Positions 1-10,406 of a stretch of 64,000 nt of DNA are shown here, in pieces. The first letter of the stretch is position 1, and every line of letters begins with the position of its first letter. The DNA is from an uncultured Candidatus Rokubacteria bacterium (GTDB lineage: Bacteria > Methylomirabilota > Methylomirabilia > Rokubacteriales > CSP1-6): contig CAVWFS010000008.1 of the NCBI GenBank assembly GCA_963754315.1, positions 384,001 to 448,000 on the forward strand, written 5' to 3'. The notes beneath the pieces are model-generated. The model worked only from the letters and a program-made list of their open reading frames with translations. It was not told where the DNA came from and searched no databases. Both the position numbers and the translations under genes were made by a program.

Positions 1-263
1 CCGTAGTAAATGCGATAGACGGCGGCCCCGATCACGTAGAACAGCGGCATCATCATCACGCCGGCGAGGATTGGGTCGGTGCCAAAGGAGTTGTTCATCA
101 CATAGGCAGCGTAGCCTCCGAGGATGACGAAGGCCGGGTGGGCAATGTTGACCACGTCCAGAAGCCCGAAGGTGAGGGCGATGCCCAGGCTGACGGCGGC
201 GTAGAAGCCTCCCAGCAGAAGCCCGGCGACGATCGCGTTGGCCAGCAGATCCCAGGAGAACAT
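1..263 (-). CDS. Branched-chain amino acid ABC transporter permease (LivH-like), runs off the window start
   Basis: Read manually (not in ORF track): MFSWDLLANAIVAGLLLGGFYAAVSLGIALTFGLLDVVNIAHP, the LivH N-terminal signature. Lies downstream of a LivJ-type SBP. Confidence 0.88.
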   Translation of the reverse strand, partial: MFSWDLLANAIVAGLLLGGFYAAVSLGIALTFGLLDVVNIAHPAFVILGGYAAYVMNNSFGTDPILAGVMMMPLFYVIGAAVYRIYY

Positions 264-275
264 GTCGGGCGCGCA

Positions 276-330
276 TCCACGCCGCGCGCGAACGCGCGTC
301 CACCACGGGGCGCGGCCCGCGCGGCGTGGA
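276..330. other. 13-bp inverted repeat (stem-loop) between SBP and permease genes
   Basis: tccacgccgcgcg (276-288) / cgcgcggcgtgga (318-330). Position is typical of mRNA-stabilising hairpins after SBP genes. Confidence 0.55.
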
Positions 331-341
331 GATCGCTTTCG

Positions 342-1616
342 CTATTTCTGGGCCGCGGAGTAGGGGTAGACCATGGTGCCCGACTTGAACTCGTCGGGGT
401 AGAGGACGATCTTCTTGCCAGGCCCCCGGAACTGCTCGACGTCCGCTCCCTTGACGCCCCGGTACTGAACTTGGAGCACCCGCGACTTTGCCCACTCACC
501 GTTCTGCCCGAACTTCACCTTGCCCACGATCGTGCTGAACTCGTTGGCGCGTATGAAGTCGGCCACCTTCTGCTGATCGAGACTCTTGGCCCCTTCGATG
601 GCCAGGCCCAGGATCTGGATGGCCGAGTAGGCGTAGGGCGGCAGGTAGTACCCGAGGGTGTCCACGCCCGCTTCCTTCGCGCGCTTCTGGTACTCGGCGA
701 AGAACTCCTTGATGCCGGGAAACATCATGGTCTGCTCGGGCGCCCAAAAGTCGTAGTTCACGATCCCGTTGAGCATCGGTCCCAGGCTCGTCATGATCGT
801 CGTGAACTGCAGCCCCACCATGCCGCCCCCGAAGATCTTGGGCTGCAGGCCGACCTCGTGCGCCGCCCGGACCATCCCCACCGAGTCGGGCGGGTAGGAG
901 GCCACGAACACGACGTCGGGATTCACGGCTTTGATGGCCCTGACGATCGGCGTGTAGTCGGCGGTGCTCGGTGGATACGATTTGTCGTACACGGTTTTCA
1001 TCCCGAACTTCTTGACGAGCACTCGGGCTCCATCGATGGCGTGCCGCGGATACTCGGCGTCGGCGCCCACCAGCGCTACCGTTTGTGGCCGCGGATTCTG
1101 CTTGGAGGCCAACTCGAAGAAGCCCGTCGCCCAGTTTGTCTCTGGGTCCGGCCCTGACGGTTGGATCTGGAAGTAGTTCGGATACTTGTACTTCTCGTTG
1201 TTGGCCAGGCCGAGGATGCCCATCAGGGTGAGCTTGCGCTCCATCACGATGGGCATGAGCGGCGCGATCAGGTTGGTGCCGTAGCCGGAGACCACGAAGT
1301 CCACCTTGTCGACCTCGAGGAGCTTCGTGTAGATCCCGGGCACGGTAGCCGGGTTGGTCTGGTCGTCGTAGAAGATCAGCTCCACCGGCCGACCGAGGAT
1401 GCCGCCCTTCTTGTTGACGTCGTCCTTCCAGATCTGCATCGCCATGAGGGCTGGCTTGCCGTTGGCGGACAGGCCGCCCGTCAATGCCATGCCGAGACCG
1501 ATCTTGATCGGGTCGGCGGCACGGGCTGGGAACGACCCCAGACTGGCGAGGACGATCACGCCAATGATGGTCACGACCACAATCCACGACATCCCAAAAC
1601 GGTAGGGAAGTCTCAT
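342..1616 (-). CDS. Branched-chain amino acid ABC transporter substrate-binding protein (type 1 periplasmic)
   Basis: Signal peptide, then PIKIG..ALTG, INxxGG-like 'VNKKGGILGRPVELIFYDDQTNP'. Start chosen at the SD-preceded ATG 1616 (the ORF track extends to 1640). Confidence 0.9.
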   Translation of the reverse strand: MRLPYRFGMSWIVVVTIIGVIVLASLGSFPARAADPIKIGLGMALTGGLSANGKPALMAMQIWKDDVNKKGGILGRPVELIFYDDQTNPATVPGIYTKLLEVDKVDFVVSGYGTNLIAPLMPIVMERKLTLMGILGLANNEKYKYPNYFQIQPSGPDPETNWATGFFELASKQNPRPQTVALVGADAEYPRHAIDGARVLVKKFGMKTVYDKSYPPSTADYTPIVRAIKAVNPDVVFVASYPPDSVGMVRAAHEVGLQPKIFGGGMVGLQFTTIMTSLGPMLNGIVNYDFWAPEQTMMFPGIKEFFAEYQKRAKEAGVDTLGYYLPPYAYSAIQILGLAIEGAKSLDQQKVADFIRANEFSTIVGKVKFGQNGEWAKSRVLQVQYRGVKGADVEQFRGPGKKIVLYPDEFKSGTMVYPYSAAQK

Positions 1617-1750
1617 AGGTTCATCCCTCACTCTCTGCATGCTTGCCGGGGAGCTGGCTCGATGGCTGACGAACCTTATATGGGACCAGCAGCGACGTCA
1701 AGGCAAGACGGTGACGTGATCCCTGAGCGCTCGACCTTGGGGACCTGACG

Positions 1751-3541
1751 TCACTTGGTGGACGCCGAGCGCCGGTGCGTGCCCCGGAACCGATCGGTTG
1801 CCGCGAGGTCCACCGCGAGTGGCTCGCCGGCGAGTACCACGCCGTAGTCGCGGGCGGCGTCCTCCACCGTGAAATACCCACGCGCCACGTCGCGCCGCAC
1901 CATTTCGGGGTCGCGCGAGAGTGGATCGCCGTAGCCTCCACCCCCCGGGGTGCGCACGTGCACGGTGTCGCCGGCTCCCATGCGGATGTCCTCGTCCTTG
2001 GACCAATGCGGCGACCGATAGACGTTGCCCTGGCGCTCGACCACGACCTCGTTGGAGGCTCCGTCTCGGCCGCCCAGGAGACCAGGGGGCCCGAAGCGTC
2101 CGTGGTCCATCAGAAAAGAGAGCAGCGCCTCGCCCCGCCGGATTCGCACTCGATAATCGACGCCGAAGCCCCCGCGCGTGCGGCCGGCCCCGCCCGAGCG
2201 CTCGCGCAGCGCGTACTGCTCGAAGAGGATCGGATAGTGCTGCTCCAGCACCTCGGCGGGCTGGGTCTTGGAGATGCCGATAGTGGAGCAGCCATTGGTG
2301 AGGCCGTCGTCCTCGGCGCTGCCGCCGTAACCGCCGCCCGAGAAGACGTACATGATGTAGTGGCGCTCTTTCAACGGGTCGAAACCACCCAAGGTCAGGT
2401 TGCCGCTGGTGCCGGCGGGAGCCGCGAAGAGGTCGTCGGGGATGGCCCGCGCCAACGTGCTGAAGACGCTCTCGGCGATGCGCGAGCTGACCTCGGCCGC
2501 GCACCCCGAGACGGGTCGGGGGTAGCGGGCGTAGAGGAACGTCCCATGCGGATCGGTGATCTTGAGCGGCTCGAAGCAGCCAGCGTTGATGGGCACGTCG
2601 GGGAAGATGTGCTTGATAGCCAGATAGACGGCCGCCTTGGTCGTGGCGATGACGCTGTTGAGGGGACCCCGGCACGGCGGGCTCGACTCCGAGAAATCGA
2701 AGTGAAGATCCGTCCCCTCCTTCTTGATGGTCAGGCGGATGGCCAGGGGGTCGGGGTCAATGCCGTCGGAATCCACGAAGGCCTCGCCGCCGTAGACGCC
2801 GTCAGGGATCTTGGCGATGTGGGCGCGCATCATCTGCTCCGAGCGTCGGCGCAGTTCCACAATGCACGCGGCGACGGTGTCGGCCCCATAGCGGTCGAGC
2901 AGCGTGGTGAGCCTCCGCTCGCCAACGGTGAGGGCCGCCACCTGGGCCTTGATGTCGCCGATCCGCTCCTCGGGCACGCGGATGTTGGCGAGGACGATCT
3001 GGAGGATGTCGTCGTCCATCACCCCGGCCCGGAAGAGCTTCACGGGAGGTAGGCGCAGTCCCTCCTGCTGGACCTCCGTGGCTCGCGTGGAGAAGCCGCC
3101 GGGAACAGACCCGCCGGTGTCGGGCCAGTGGCCGGTGTTGGCCAGCCACGCCCAGTGCTGCCCTCCATAAAAGAACGGCTTGACCATCTTGACGTCCATC
3201 AGATGCGTCCCGCCGCAGTACGGGTCGTTGACGAGGAAGATGTCGCCCGGCGCGAGATCGCGCGCGCGCTCGATGACCGCCCGCGTGGTGAACTGCATGA
3301 CGCCCACGAAGATGGGCAGCCCCAGTTCGCCCTGGGCGATGACGTCGCCGGTGTCGCGGTCGTATATGCCGTCGGAACGGTCGAAGCCCTCGGAGATGAC
3401 CGGTGAGAAGGCGGCGCGCTCGAACGTGAGATCCATCTCGCTGGCCACCTGCTGCAGGCCGTTCTGGACGACGACGAGGGTGACCGGGTCGATCGGCTGC
3501 TGTTTGACGGCCGCACCGCCACCGAGCGCACTCTGGACCAT
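1751..3541 (-). CDS. Hydantoinase B / oxoprolinase family protein
   Basis: DPVTL, NDPYCGGTHLMD, HWPDTGG, QEGL, TPGGGGYGDP motifs. Confidence 0.93.
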   Translation of the reverse strand: MVQSALGGGAAVKQQPIDPVTLVVVQNGLQQVASEMDLTFERAAFSPVISEGFDRSDGIYDRDTGDVIAQGELGLPIFVGVMQFTTRAVIERARDLAPGDIFLVNDPYCGGTHLMDVKMVKPFFYGGQHWAWLANTGHWPDTGGSVPGGFSTRATEVQQEGLRLPPVKLFRAGVMDDDILQIVLANIRVPEERIGDIKAQVAALTVGERRLTTLLDRYGADTVAACIVELRRRSEQMMRAHIAKIPDGVYGGEAFVDSDGIDPDPLAIRLTIKKEGTDLHFDFSESSPPCRGPLNSVIATTKAAVYLAIKHIFPDVPINAGCFEPLKITDPHGTFLYARYPRPVSGCAAEVSSRIAESVFSTLARAIPDDLFAAPAGTSGNLTLGGFDPLKERHYIMYVFSGGGYGGSAEDDGLTNGCSTIGISKTQPAEVLEQHYPILFEQYALRERSGGAGRTRGGFGVDYRVRIRRGEALLSFLMDHGRFGPPGLLGGRDGASNEVVVERQGNVYRSPHWSKDEDIRMGAGDTVHVRTPGGGGYGDPLSRDPEMVRRDVARGYFTVEDAARDYGVVLAGEPLAVDLAATDRFRGTHRRSASTK

Positions 3542-3600
3542 GGCCGGGAGTCTACCAGAGTGAACGCGATGGCAGCGCGACCGTCGAGTCTTCCACGTGA

Positions 3601-3770
3601 GAGAGTCGGATCGCCTATGCGGACCGGGCGCTCACGCGTGCTCGAACCAGGAGTGAACGACGGCTCGAGGCTTTCGCCCTCCACGTACTAGGTGAGATCG
3701 CCTGCCAGCAAGAGCGGAGCGGCTCCGGTGCCGAGGAGCGCTACCGGGAGGCGCTCATTCTGGATACTGA
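3601..3770 (+). pseudogene. Start-less TPR-like fragment resembling the C-terminus of AAA/adenylate-cyclase TPR proteins
   Basis: Frame from 3601 reads IAYADRALTRARTRSERRLEAFALHVLGEIACQQE..AEERYREAL. In-frame TGA at 3598-3600 and no start codon. Confidence 0.5.
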
Positions 3771-3851
3771 CGTCTCGCGACGCCGTGCCTCATGGGCTAC
3801 CAGACGTGCGAGGTCGTTGGGGAGGGAAATTGTTGTGTGTGATACCAGCCG

Positions 3852-5891
3852 TCACCCCGCTCTCACCGCGATCTCGAGGTTGCCGAGGGCGTCCACCCGC
3901 GCGCCATCGCCTGGCTCGATGACCGTGGTGGCGTCGAGCTGCTCAACGATGGCGGGGCCCGTCAGTGTTGCGCCGACGGACAGTTGCTCGCGCCGGTAGA
4001 TCGGTGTGTCGCGCCACCCCCCTTCGAACCACACCCGCCGCGTGCTGGTCGACCCACCGGCTCCGGCGACGCCGACCAACCCGTCAAGGGCAATAGGCCG
4101 GCGTCGTCCGATGACAGCGGTGCGCAAGCTCATGACCACCGCCCGCATCTCGCGTAGCTCTACACCAAAACGCTCCAGGTAGGCGCGCTCGAACGTGTCG
4201 GCGAGCTCCTCGCGCGACACGTTCGTGCCGGCGATGGGCACCGTGAGCACATGGGTCTGACCGGCAAACTGCATGTCGGCCTCGTGCTGCACAGTCACCG
4301 TCTCGACCTCGACACCTTCGGTGGCGAGTAGCCGGCGCCCCTCGGCGATCTGGGCGGCCAGGATCGCCCGCGCGTCCGCCACATCCATACGCAGCAGGCC
4401 TTGATTGATCGTCCGCACGAAGTCGTGCCGCACGTCTGCCACCAGGCAGCCGAAGGCCGACGTGATGCCAGGCCGTGCCGGCACCAGAACCTTGGGGATT
4501 GCCAGCTCGCGCGCGAGGGCCACAGCGTGGAGAGGACCGGCGCCGCCGAAGGCGAACAAGACAAAATCGCGCGGGTCGCGTCCACGCTGGAGCGACACCA
4601 GCCGGATGGCGCCCGCCATCTTGTCGTTCGCCACGCGGACGATGGCGGCGGCCGCCGCCACCGGATCGAGGCCCAGGTGAGCGCCAATCTTCTTGTCGAC
4701 GGTCTCGGCCACCAGATCGAGACGCGCGCCTCCCGCGACGCCGAGAAGGCCCCCTGGGTTGAGCCGGCCCAGGAGCAGGTTGGCGTCGGTGATGGTGGGC
4801 TGCAGACCGCCGCGACCAAACGCGATGGGTCCGGGCTCGGCCCCCGCGCTTTCCGGGCCCACCTGCAGGATCCCCGCGTTCGACACGCGGGCGACAGAGC
4901 CACCGCCCGCGCCGATGGTGTGGATGTCGATCATGGGCACACGCACGGGCAGACCGTAGCCCATCTCCTTGTCGGCGCTCACCGCGGGGACACCTCCCAC
5001 GATCACCCCGACGTCGAAGCTCGTACCGCCCATGTCGCACGAGATCACGTTGGGGTGGCCGGCAGCCAGCGCCGTGAAGGCCGCGGCCATGACACCGGCT
5101 GCCGGCCCCGACATGAGCGTGTTGACGGCATGGCGGGCGGCCACATCGACGGACATGGTGCCACCGTTGCCCTGCATCACCAGGAGCTGGTGCGCGTAAC
5201 CCTGACGCGCGAGCTCGCCGGCCAACCGGCGCAGGTAGCGGTCGATCACCGGCTGGACGAAGCCGTTGATAGCCGCCGTGGTCCCGCGCTCGAACTCCCG
5301 GTACTCCGGGAGCAACTCGGCGCCCGCCGTCACATAGGCGTTCGGCCATTCGGCGGCGGCTACCTCGCGCGCGCGGCGTTCGTGCGTGTCGTTGACGTAC
5401 GAGTGGATGAAGTGAATCACCAGCGCCTCGACGTCGTGCTCGCGCAGCCAGGCGGCGGCGCGACGCACTTCCTCCTCGTCGAGGGCGGTCACCACCTGGC
5501 CCTCGGCGTCGATCCGTTCGGGGACTTCCAGGCGTAGCTCGCGCGGGATCAATGCCTCGAACGTGCCCTTGAGCCCGTAAGGAGTGGGTCGCGTGCGCCG
5601 ACCCAGCTCCAGGACGTCGCGGAACCCGCGCGTGGTGATGAGCCCGGTGCGCGCGCCCTTGCGCTCGAGGAGGGCGTTGGTGGCGGTGGTGGTCCCGTGC
5701 ACGACGATCTTCAGGTCGGCGGGCCGGGCGGCCGCCTCGGCCAGCGCAGCCAGGACGCCGTCCGCCTGATTGCGAACGGTCGTCGGCACTTTGGCGACTC
5801 GCACGGCGCCGTTGGCCTCGTCGAACAGGACGAGATCGGTGAACGTGCCGCCCACGTCCACGCCGACTACCAGCGTCTGCCCGAGCGCCAT
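3852..5891 (-). CDS. Hydantoinase A / oxoprolinase family protein (ATP-binding subunit)
   Basis: VDVGGTFTD, HGTTTATNALLE, SGPAAG, DMGGTSFD, GAGGGS, FGGAGPLH motifs. Confidence 0.94.
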   Translation of the reverse strand: MALGQTLVVGVDVGGTFTDLVLFDEANGAVRVAKVPTTVRNQADGVLAALAEAAARPADLKIVVHGTTTATNALLERKGARTGLITTRGFRDVLELGRRTRPTPYGLKGTFEALIPRELRLEVPERIDAEGQVVTALDEEEVRRAAAWLREHDVEALVIHFIHSYVNDTHERRAREVAAAEWPNAYVTAGAELLPEYREFERGTTAAINGFVQPVIDRYLRRLAGELARQGYAHQLLVMQGNGGTMSVDVAARHAVNTLMSGPAAGVMAAAFTALAAGHPNVISCDMGGTSFDVGVIVGGVPAVSADKEMGYGLPVRVPMIDIHTIGAGGGSVARVSNAGILQVGPESAGAEPGPIAFGRGGLQPTITDANLLLGRLNPGGLLGVAGGARLDLVAETVDKKIGAHLGLDPVAAAAAIVRVANDKMAGAIRLVSLQRGRDPRDFVLFAFGGAGPLHAVALARELAIPKVLVPARPGITSAFGCLVADVRHDFVRTINQGLLRMDVADARAILAAQIAEGRRLLATEGVEVETVTVQHEADMQFAGQTHVLTVPIAGTNVSREELADTFERAYLERFGVELREMRAVVMSLRTAVIGRRRPIALDGLVGVAGAGGSTSTRRVWFEGGWRDTPIYRREQLSVGATLTGPAIVEQLDATTVIEPGDGARVDALGNLEIAVRAG

Positions 5892-5979
5892 GAGTTGTTC
5901 GTGTACCGCGTGGCCCGCACGAAGTCAATCACGCCGGCCCGGCCGGGCCGCCCCGCGCCCGTGGTAGGATCACCTGAGC

Positions 5980-7182
5980 ATGCAATTCGGGTTGCTCTAC
6001 GAAGCCCAGCGTCCGTTCACGGGCACCACGGTCGATTGGAACCTCCTCTACAAGGAGACGCTGGAACAGTGCGTGCTGGCGGAGAAGGTTGGCTTCGATA
6101 ACCTGTGGTTCGTGGAGCATCACTTCCTCACCGGGTTCTCGGGCTCGCCCTGCCCCGAAGTCCTCCTGGGAGCCCTGAGCCAGCTGACCACGCGGATCCG
6201 GATCGGGTTCGGGGTGTGCATCCTGCCGTATCACCATCCCGTGCGGGTGGCCGAGCGCGCTGCCATGCTCGATCAGCTGACCGATGGCCGTCTCGAGTTC
6301 GGGACCGGGCGCTCCAATGCCTACGAGCAGATCGGGCAGGGGATCGACCCCCGCGACACGCGCGCGATGTGGGAGGAGTCCATCACCATGCTCCCTCGCA
6401 TCTGGCAGTCCGACGAGTTTTCCTGGGAAGGAAAGTTCTGGACGGTGCCGACGCGTCGGGTGTTGCCGAAGCCCTATCAGCGGCCCCATCCGCGCCTGTA
6501 TCTGGCCTGCACGCAGACGGAGAGCTTCGACGTGGCAGCCGAAAAGGGGATCGGCGTGCTGTCGTCCGCGACCTATGCCACGTCCATCCTGGCCGAGCAC
6601 GTCCGGCGCTATCGCGCCAGAGTCAAGCAGGCCACGCCCGTGGGCGCCGTCGTCAATGAGTTCTGGGGTAACAACGTCCATGCCTTCTGCGGGGAGAACA
6701 ACCGGGAGGCACGTGAGCTGGCCGCCAACTCGCTCAAGACGTTCTTCGGCCCCGACAAGCCGTACATCCGCGACCGGGTGAACGCCTACGAGCAGCTGCT
6801 CGACTCGTGGGGCGGCGTGCCCGACCATTTGAAGGCCGATTTCGGTCGATGGCTGCGGCAGTCCGACGAGGCGCACCGGGAACAGGCCGCCCAGGTCGGT
6901 ATCTCCCTTGACAGTGGCCCCGGCGCGGCCCGGGCCGCCTTCGGCCAGATGGATCCCGACACGCTCTGTGATCGCGGCATCATCCTGGCCGGCGATCCGG
7001 ATAGCTGTATCAGGGGTGTTCAACTGTACGAGGAGGCTGGAGTCGATCAGGTCATCTTGATCACCCAGACGGAAACCATCCCGCACGAGCGCGCGTTGCA
7101 CTCCATCGAGATGTTCGGCCGACACGTGATTCCGGCCTGCCGCGCGGAAACCCGCACGAAGTCCATCGCGGCCGGAGTGTAG
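5980..7182 (+). CDS. LLM class flavin-dependent oxidoreductase
   Basis: AEKVGFDNLWFVEHHF, HPVRVAERAAMLD..GRLEFGTGR. Confidence 0.9.
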   Translation: MQFGLLYEAQRPFTGTTVDWNLLYKETLEQCVLAEKVGFDNLWFVEHHFLTGFSGSPCPEVLLGALSQLTTRIRIGFGVCILPYHHPVRVAERAAMLDQLTDGRLEFGTGRSNAYEQIGQGIDPRDTRAMWEESITMLPRIWQSDEFSWEGKFWTVPTRRVLPKPYQRPHPRLYLACTQTESFDVAAEKGIGVLSSATYATSILAEHVRRYRARVKQATPVGAVVNEFWGNNVHAFCGENNREARELAANSLKTFFGPDKPYIRDRVNAYEQLLDSWGGVPDHLKADFGRWLRQSDEAHREQAAQVGISLDSGPGAARAAFGQMDPDTLCDRGIILAGDPDSCIRGVQLYEEAGVDQVILITQTETIPHERALHSIEMFGRHVIPACRAETRTKSIAAGV

Positions 7183-7193
7183 AGGAGGGTGCC

Positions 7194-7592
7194 ATGACGG
7201 CAGTAGGAATCGCACCAACGGCAACCGAAGCCGACGTGCTCCAGGCCGACGATCGTCGATTCGAGGCCATGCGGCGCGGGGACTGGGCGGCCCTCGACGC
7301 GGTGCTGTCTGATGACCTGACCTATGTGCATTCCACGGCCCGCCTGGAGTCGAAGGCCGAGCACATCGCCAACCTCCGCGCGGGCAAGCCGCACTACCGC
7401 GGCATAACCCCACGCGAGCGACGTGCGCGCGTGCACGGAGGGGTAGGCGTTGTGAACGGCGTCTCGCAGATGCACGTCGAGCGAGACGGCAAGGAGCAGC
7501 GCTTTACCGTCCGCTACCTGGCGGTCTATGCCAAGGCCGGCGAGCAGTGGAGACTGATCGCCTGGCAGTCCACGCGGGAGCCCGACGCCTAG
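7194..7592 (+). CDS. Nuclear transport factor 2 (SnoaL/DUF4440)-like protein
   Basis: GDWAALDAVLSDDLTYVHS ... WRLIAWQST; SD gaggag upstream. Confidence 0.8.
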   Translation: MTAVGIAPTATEADVLQADDRRFEAMRRGDWAALDAVLSDDLTYVHSTARLESKAEHIANLRAGKPHYRGITPRERRARVHGGVGVVNGVSQMHVERDGKEQRFTVRYLAVYAKAGEQWRLIAWQSTREPDA

Positions 7593-7615
7593 CGAAGCGA
7601 CCGAGGAGACCTGGA

Positions 7616-8558
7616 ATGTCGGTACTGGTGATCGGCGCGACGGGCTTCATCGGGCCCAGGCTCATCAAGCGCTTGGTCGCGCGCGGCGAAACGGTGGTGG
7701 GCATGGACCTGAACCCTGGCGCGGTGCCCTTCGGCGACGTATCGATCCAGGCGCCGGTGCTCCGCGGGGACATCACGCAATTCGAGGACGTGATGCGGGC
7801 CGTGCTGGAGGTGAAGCCCGAACGGCTCATCAACCTCGCCTACGGCCTGGGAGCGGGTGAGGGCAACCCGCACCAAGTTATGCGCCTCGACGTCCTCGGG
7901 ATGGACAACTGCTTCGAGGCCGCCCGCCTGGGGGGCGTGAAGCGCGTGGTATACGCGAGTTCCATCGCGGTGAGTGGCCAGCAGAGTCACTTTGGTGACC
8001 GGCCGGTAAAGGAGGACGACCCGACCCACGGCACCAGCCAGTATGCGATGCACAAGATCTTCAACGAGTTCCAGGCGCAGAAGTACATCAAGAACTACGG
8101 CATGTCGATCACAGGCGTGCGCCCCGCCAACGTCACCGGGCCTGACAAGGTGCGCGGGTCGACGGACCACGTACAGATCATGGTCGACGCCGCCCGCGGC
8201 AAGCCGGTGCACCTTCCGAAGAAGGGGCTGATGCGCCTGTTGATTCACGTCGAGGACATCGCCGAGGTCTTCACCCGGGTGCTGCTGGCCGACACGCCCC
8301 GCCACCATCTCTACAACTCGGGCGGGATCCCGGTCAGCCTGGGCGAGCTGGCGGACATCGTGCGCGGGTTTTTGCCGAACGCGCAGATCACCTTTGACCA
8401 GGAGGGAGGCCGCGAGGATTCCGGCAACTACCTGGTGGACAATGGCCGTCTCGGTCAGGAGTTCGGCGTCGAATATCCAGGGACTGCACACCCGAGTCCT
8501 CGAGGTCATCAACGATGTACGGCGAGGGGAAGGGCTCCCTCTGGTCACTGGACGATAG
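7616..8558 (+). CDS. NAD-dependent epimerase/dehydratase with an apparent +1 frameshift near 8480
   Basis: GATGFIG and YAMHK motifs. Removing one G of ggg (8480-8482) gives ..EYPGLHTRVLEVINDVRRGEGLPLVTGR* ending just before the next gene's SD. Confidence 0.85.
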
Positions 8559-8570
8559 GAGAGGAACCTC

Positions 8571-9713
8571 ATGCGTTACGAGCGGATCTCGGCGGACTGT
8601 CACCTCGACCTCATCTGGCTGCCTCCGGACTTGTTCGTGTCGGAGGCGCCCCAGGCGCTGAAGGACCGCATGCCCTATGTCGCCGATGGGCCGGAGGGCC
8701 GGCGCTGGGTCGCCAACAACGGGGCCACCTTTGGTCTGGCGGGCGGCGTGGGCGCGTCGGGAACGGCATATGTTCCCGGCAAGCAGCTCCGGGTCGACGT
8801 GATGGCGGCCACCGGCCTGTACGAGGACGGTAAGAAGGGCATCCGGCGTCCGGGCGATCCGCATCTGCGCGTCAAGGAGATGGACCGCGACGGCGTCGAC
8901 GCCGAGGTGATCTACGGCATCCTGGCCGCCGCCGCCAAGCTGAACGACCGCGAGGCATCCAGCGAGATGCTGCGGATCTATAACACCTGGCTGAACGACT
9001 TCTGTCGGCACTATCCCGATCGCCACATCGGCCTGGCTTGCCTTCCCTACGGCGACATCGAGGCGGCCGTGGCCGAGGTCCATCGAGCGGCCAAGCTGGG
9101 CTTCAAGGGCATCGAGCTGTCGTGCTCCTGGGACATGGAGCCCATGTGGCATCCGACCTGGGAACCGCTGTGGGAGGCCATCAACGAGGTGGGGATTCCC
9201 CTGCACTTCCACACCTTCCCGTCCGTGTCACCCAAGCTGCGTGAGCAATACACCGGGCTCACCCAGCGGGCGCTGGCCTACAGCAGCCTGTGCCTCTTCC
9301 AGATGACGTTGGCGAACATCCTGACCGCTCTCATGGGACGCGCGGTGTTCGAGCGCTATCCGAACCTTCGCATCGCCTTTGGCGAGAGCGGCATCGGCTG
9401 GATTCCCTACGTGCTGGATCGCATGGATTTCGAGTGGCAGGACCAGTATCGGGACCTCCCGCTCAAGATGAAGCCGAGCGAGTACTGGCGCAGACAGTGC
9501 AAGGCGACGTTCCAGTTCGACCGGGTGGGAACCAAGCTGATTGACGACATGGGCGTCGAGACTCTCATGTGGGGGTCCGACTATCCGCACCCCGATGGGG
9601 TGTGGCCGGAGTCGGAGAAGTACATCGACGCACAGTTTGGGCACCTGCCCCCAGACGTCACCCGCAAGATGGTCTGCGAGAATGCGGGACGGTTCTACGG
9701 CCTGATGAGCTGA
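8571..9713 (+). CDS. Amidohydrolase family protein (Amidohydro_2)
   Basis: ISADCH, DRDGVDAEVIY, LHFH, ESGIGWIPY, MWGSDYPHPD. Confidence 0.9.
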   Translation: MRYERISADCHLDLIWLPPDLFVSEAPQALKDRMPYVADGPEGRRWVANNGATFGLAGGVGASGTAYVPGKQLRVDVMAATGLYEDGKKGIRRPGDPHLRVKEMDRDGVDAEVIYGILAAAAKLNDREASSEMLRIYNTWLNDFCRHYPDRHIGLACLPYGDIEAAVAEVHRAAKLGFKGIELSCSWDMEPMWHPTWEPLWEAINEVGIPLHFHTFPSVSPKLREQYTGLTQRALAYSSLCLFQMTLANILTALMGRAVFERYPNLRIAFGESGIGWIPYVLDRMDFEWQDQYRDLPLKMKPSEYWRRQCKATFQFDRVGTKLIDDMGVETLMWGSDYPHPDGVWPESEKYIDAQFGHLPPDVTRKMVCENAGRFYGLMS

Positions 9714-9757
9714 ACCGGTAGACCGTCTGCACACTCGGCCGAGGGAGGATCCATCGC

Positions 9758-10360
9758 ATGATTCGTGTGGCCGCCTTGTTGGTCGGACTTCTGACCGTCG
9801 CCAGTGTCACCGTCGAGGCTCAGATGCCGCTTCGGATCCGGGGCACGATCACGGCCCTCGACGGCGATGTGCTGTCTGTGAAGACGCGCGAGGGCAAGGA
9901 CGTGAAGGTCGAGCTGACCGACAAGACAGCGGTGGCCACCGTGCAGTCGGTGAAGCTCTCGGACATCAAGCCGGGTGACGGGGTCGGCGCCACCACCCGG
10001 TCGGGTCCCGGTGAGTCGCGCACGGCGCTCGAGGTGCACGTCTTCCCGGCCAGCATGGGCGTGCCCAACGAAGGGCATCGTCCGTGGGATCTCGAGCCAG
10101 AGTCAATGATGACCAATGCCCGGGTCACGGCCGTGGTGGAGTCGACGAGCGGTCGCGAGATCACCCTGACCTACAAGGACGGTTCCCAGAAAATCCTTGT
10201 GCCGGAGGGCACTCCCGTCGTGACCGCCGTGTCCGCCGACCGCTCGGCGCTCAAGCCTGGCGAGTATGTCTTCTTTGGGGCCGCGCAGAGCGCCGACGGC
10301 AAGTTGACCCCCACCGGGCGGATCCAGGTGAGCAAGGACGGCGTCCGGCCTCCGATGTGA
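9758..10360 (+). CDS. Exported hypothetical protein with two beta-rich (OB-like, DUF5666-like) repeats
   Basis: Signal peptide (..VEAQ); two repeats RGTITA..LSDIKPG / VTAVVE..SALKPG. Confidence 0.7.
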   Translation: MIRVAALLVGLLTVASVTVEAQMPLRIRGTITALDGDVLSVKTREGKDVKVELTDKTAVATVQSVKLSDIKPGDGVGATTRSGPGESRTALEVHVFPASMGVPNEGHRPWDLEPESMMTNARVTAVVESTSGREITLTYKDGSQKILVPEGTPVVTAVSADRSALKPGEYVFFGAAQSADGKLTPTGRIQVSKDGVRPPM

Positions 10361-10369
10361 AGTCCACGC

Positions 10370-10397
10370 GGGGAGCCGGGCGCCGCACCCGCTCCCC
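10370..10397. terminator. GC-rich hairpin between convergent genes
   Basis: ggggagc-c-ggg / ccc-gctcccc with a 7-nt loop; no U tract. Confidence 0.35.
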
Positions 10398-10406
10398 TGC
10401 GGTACA

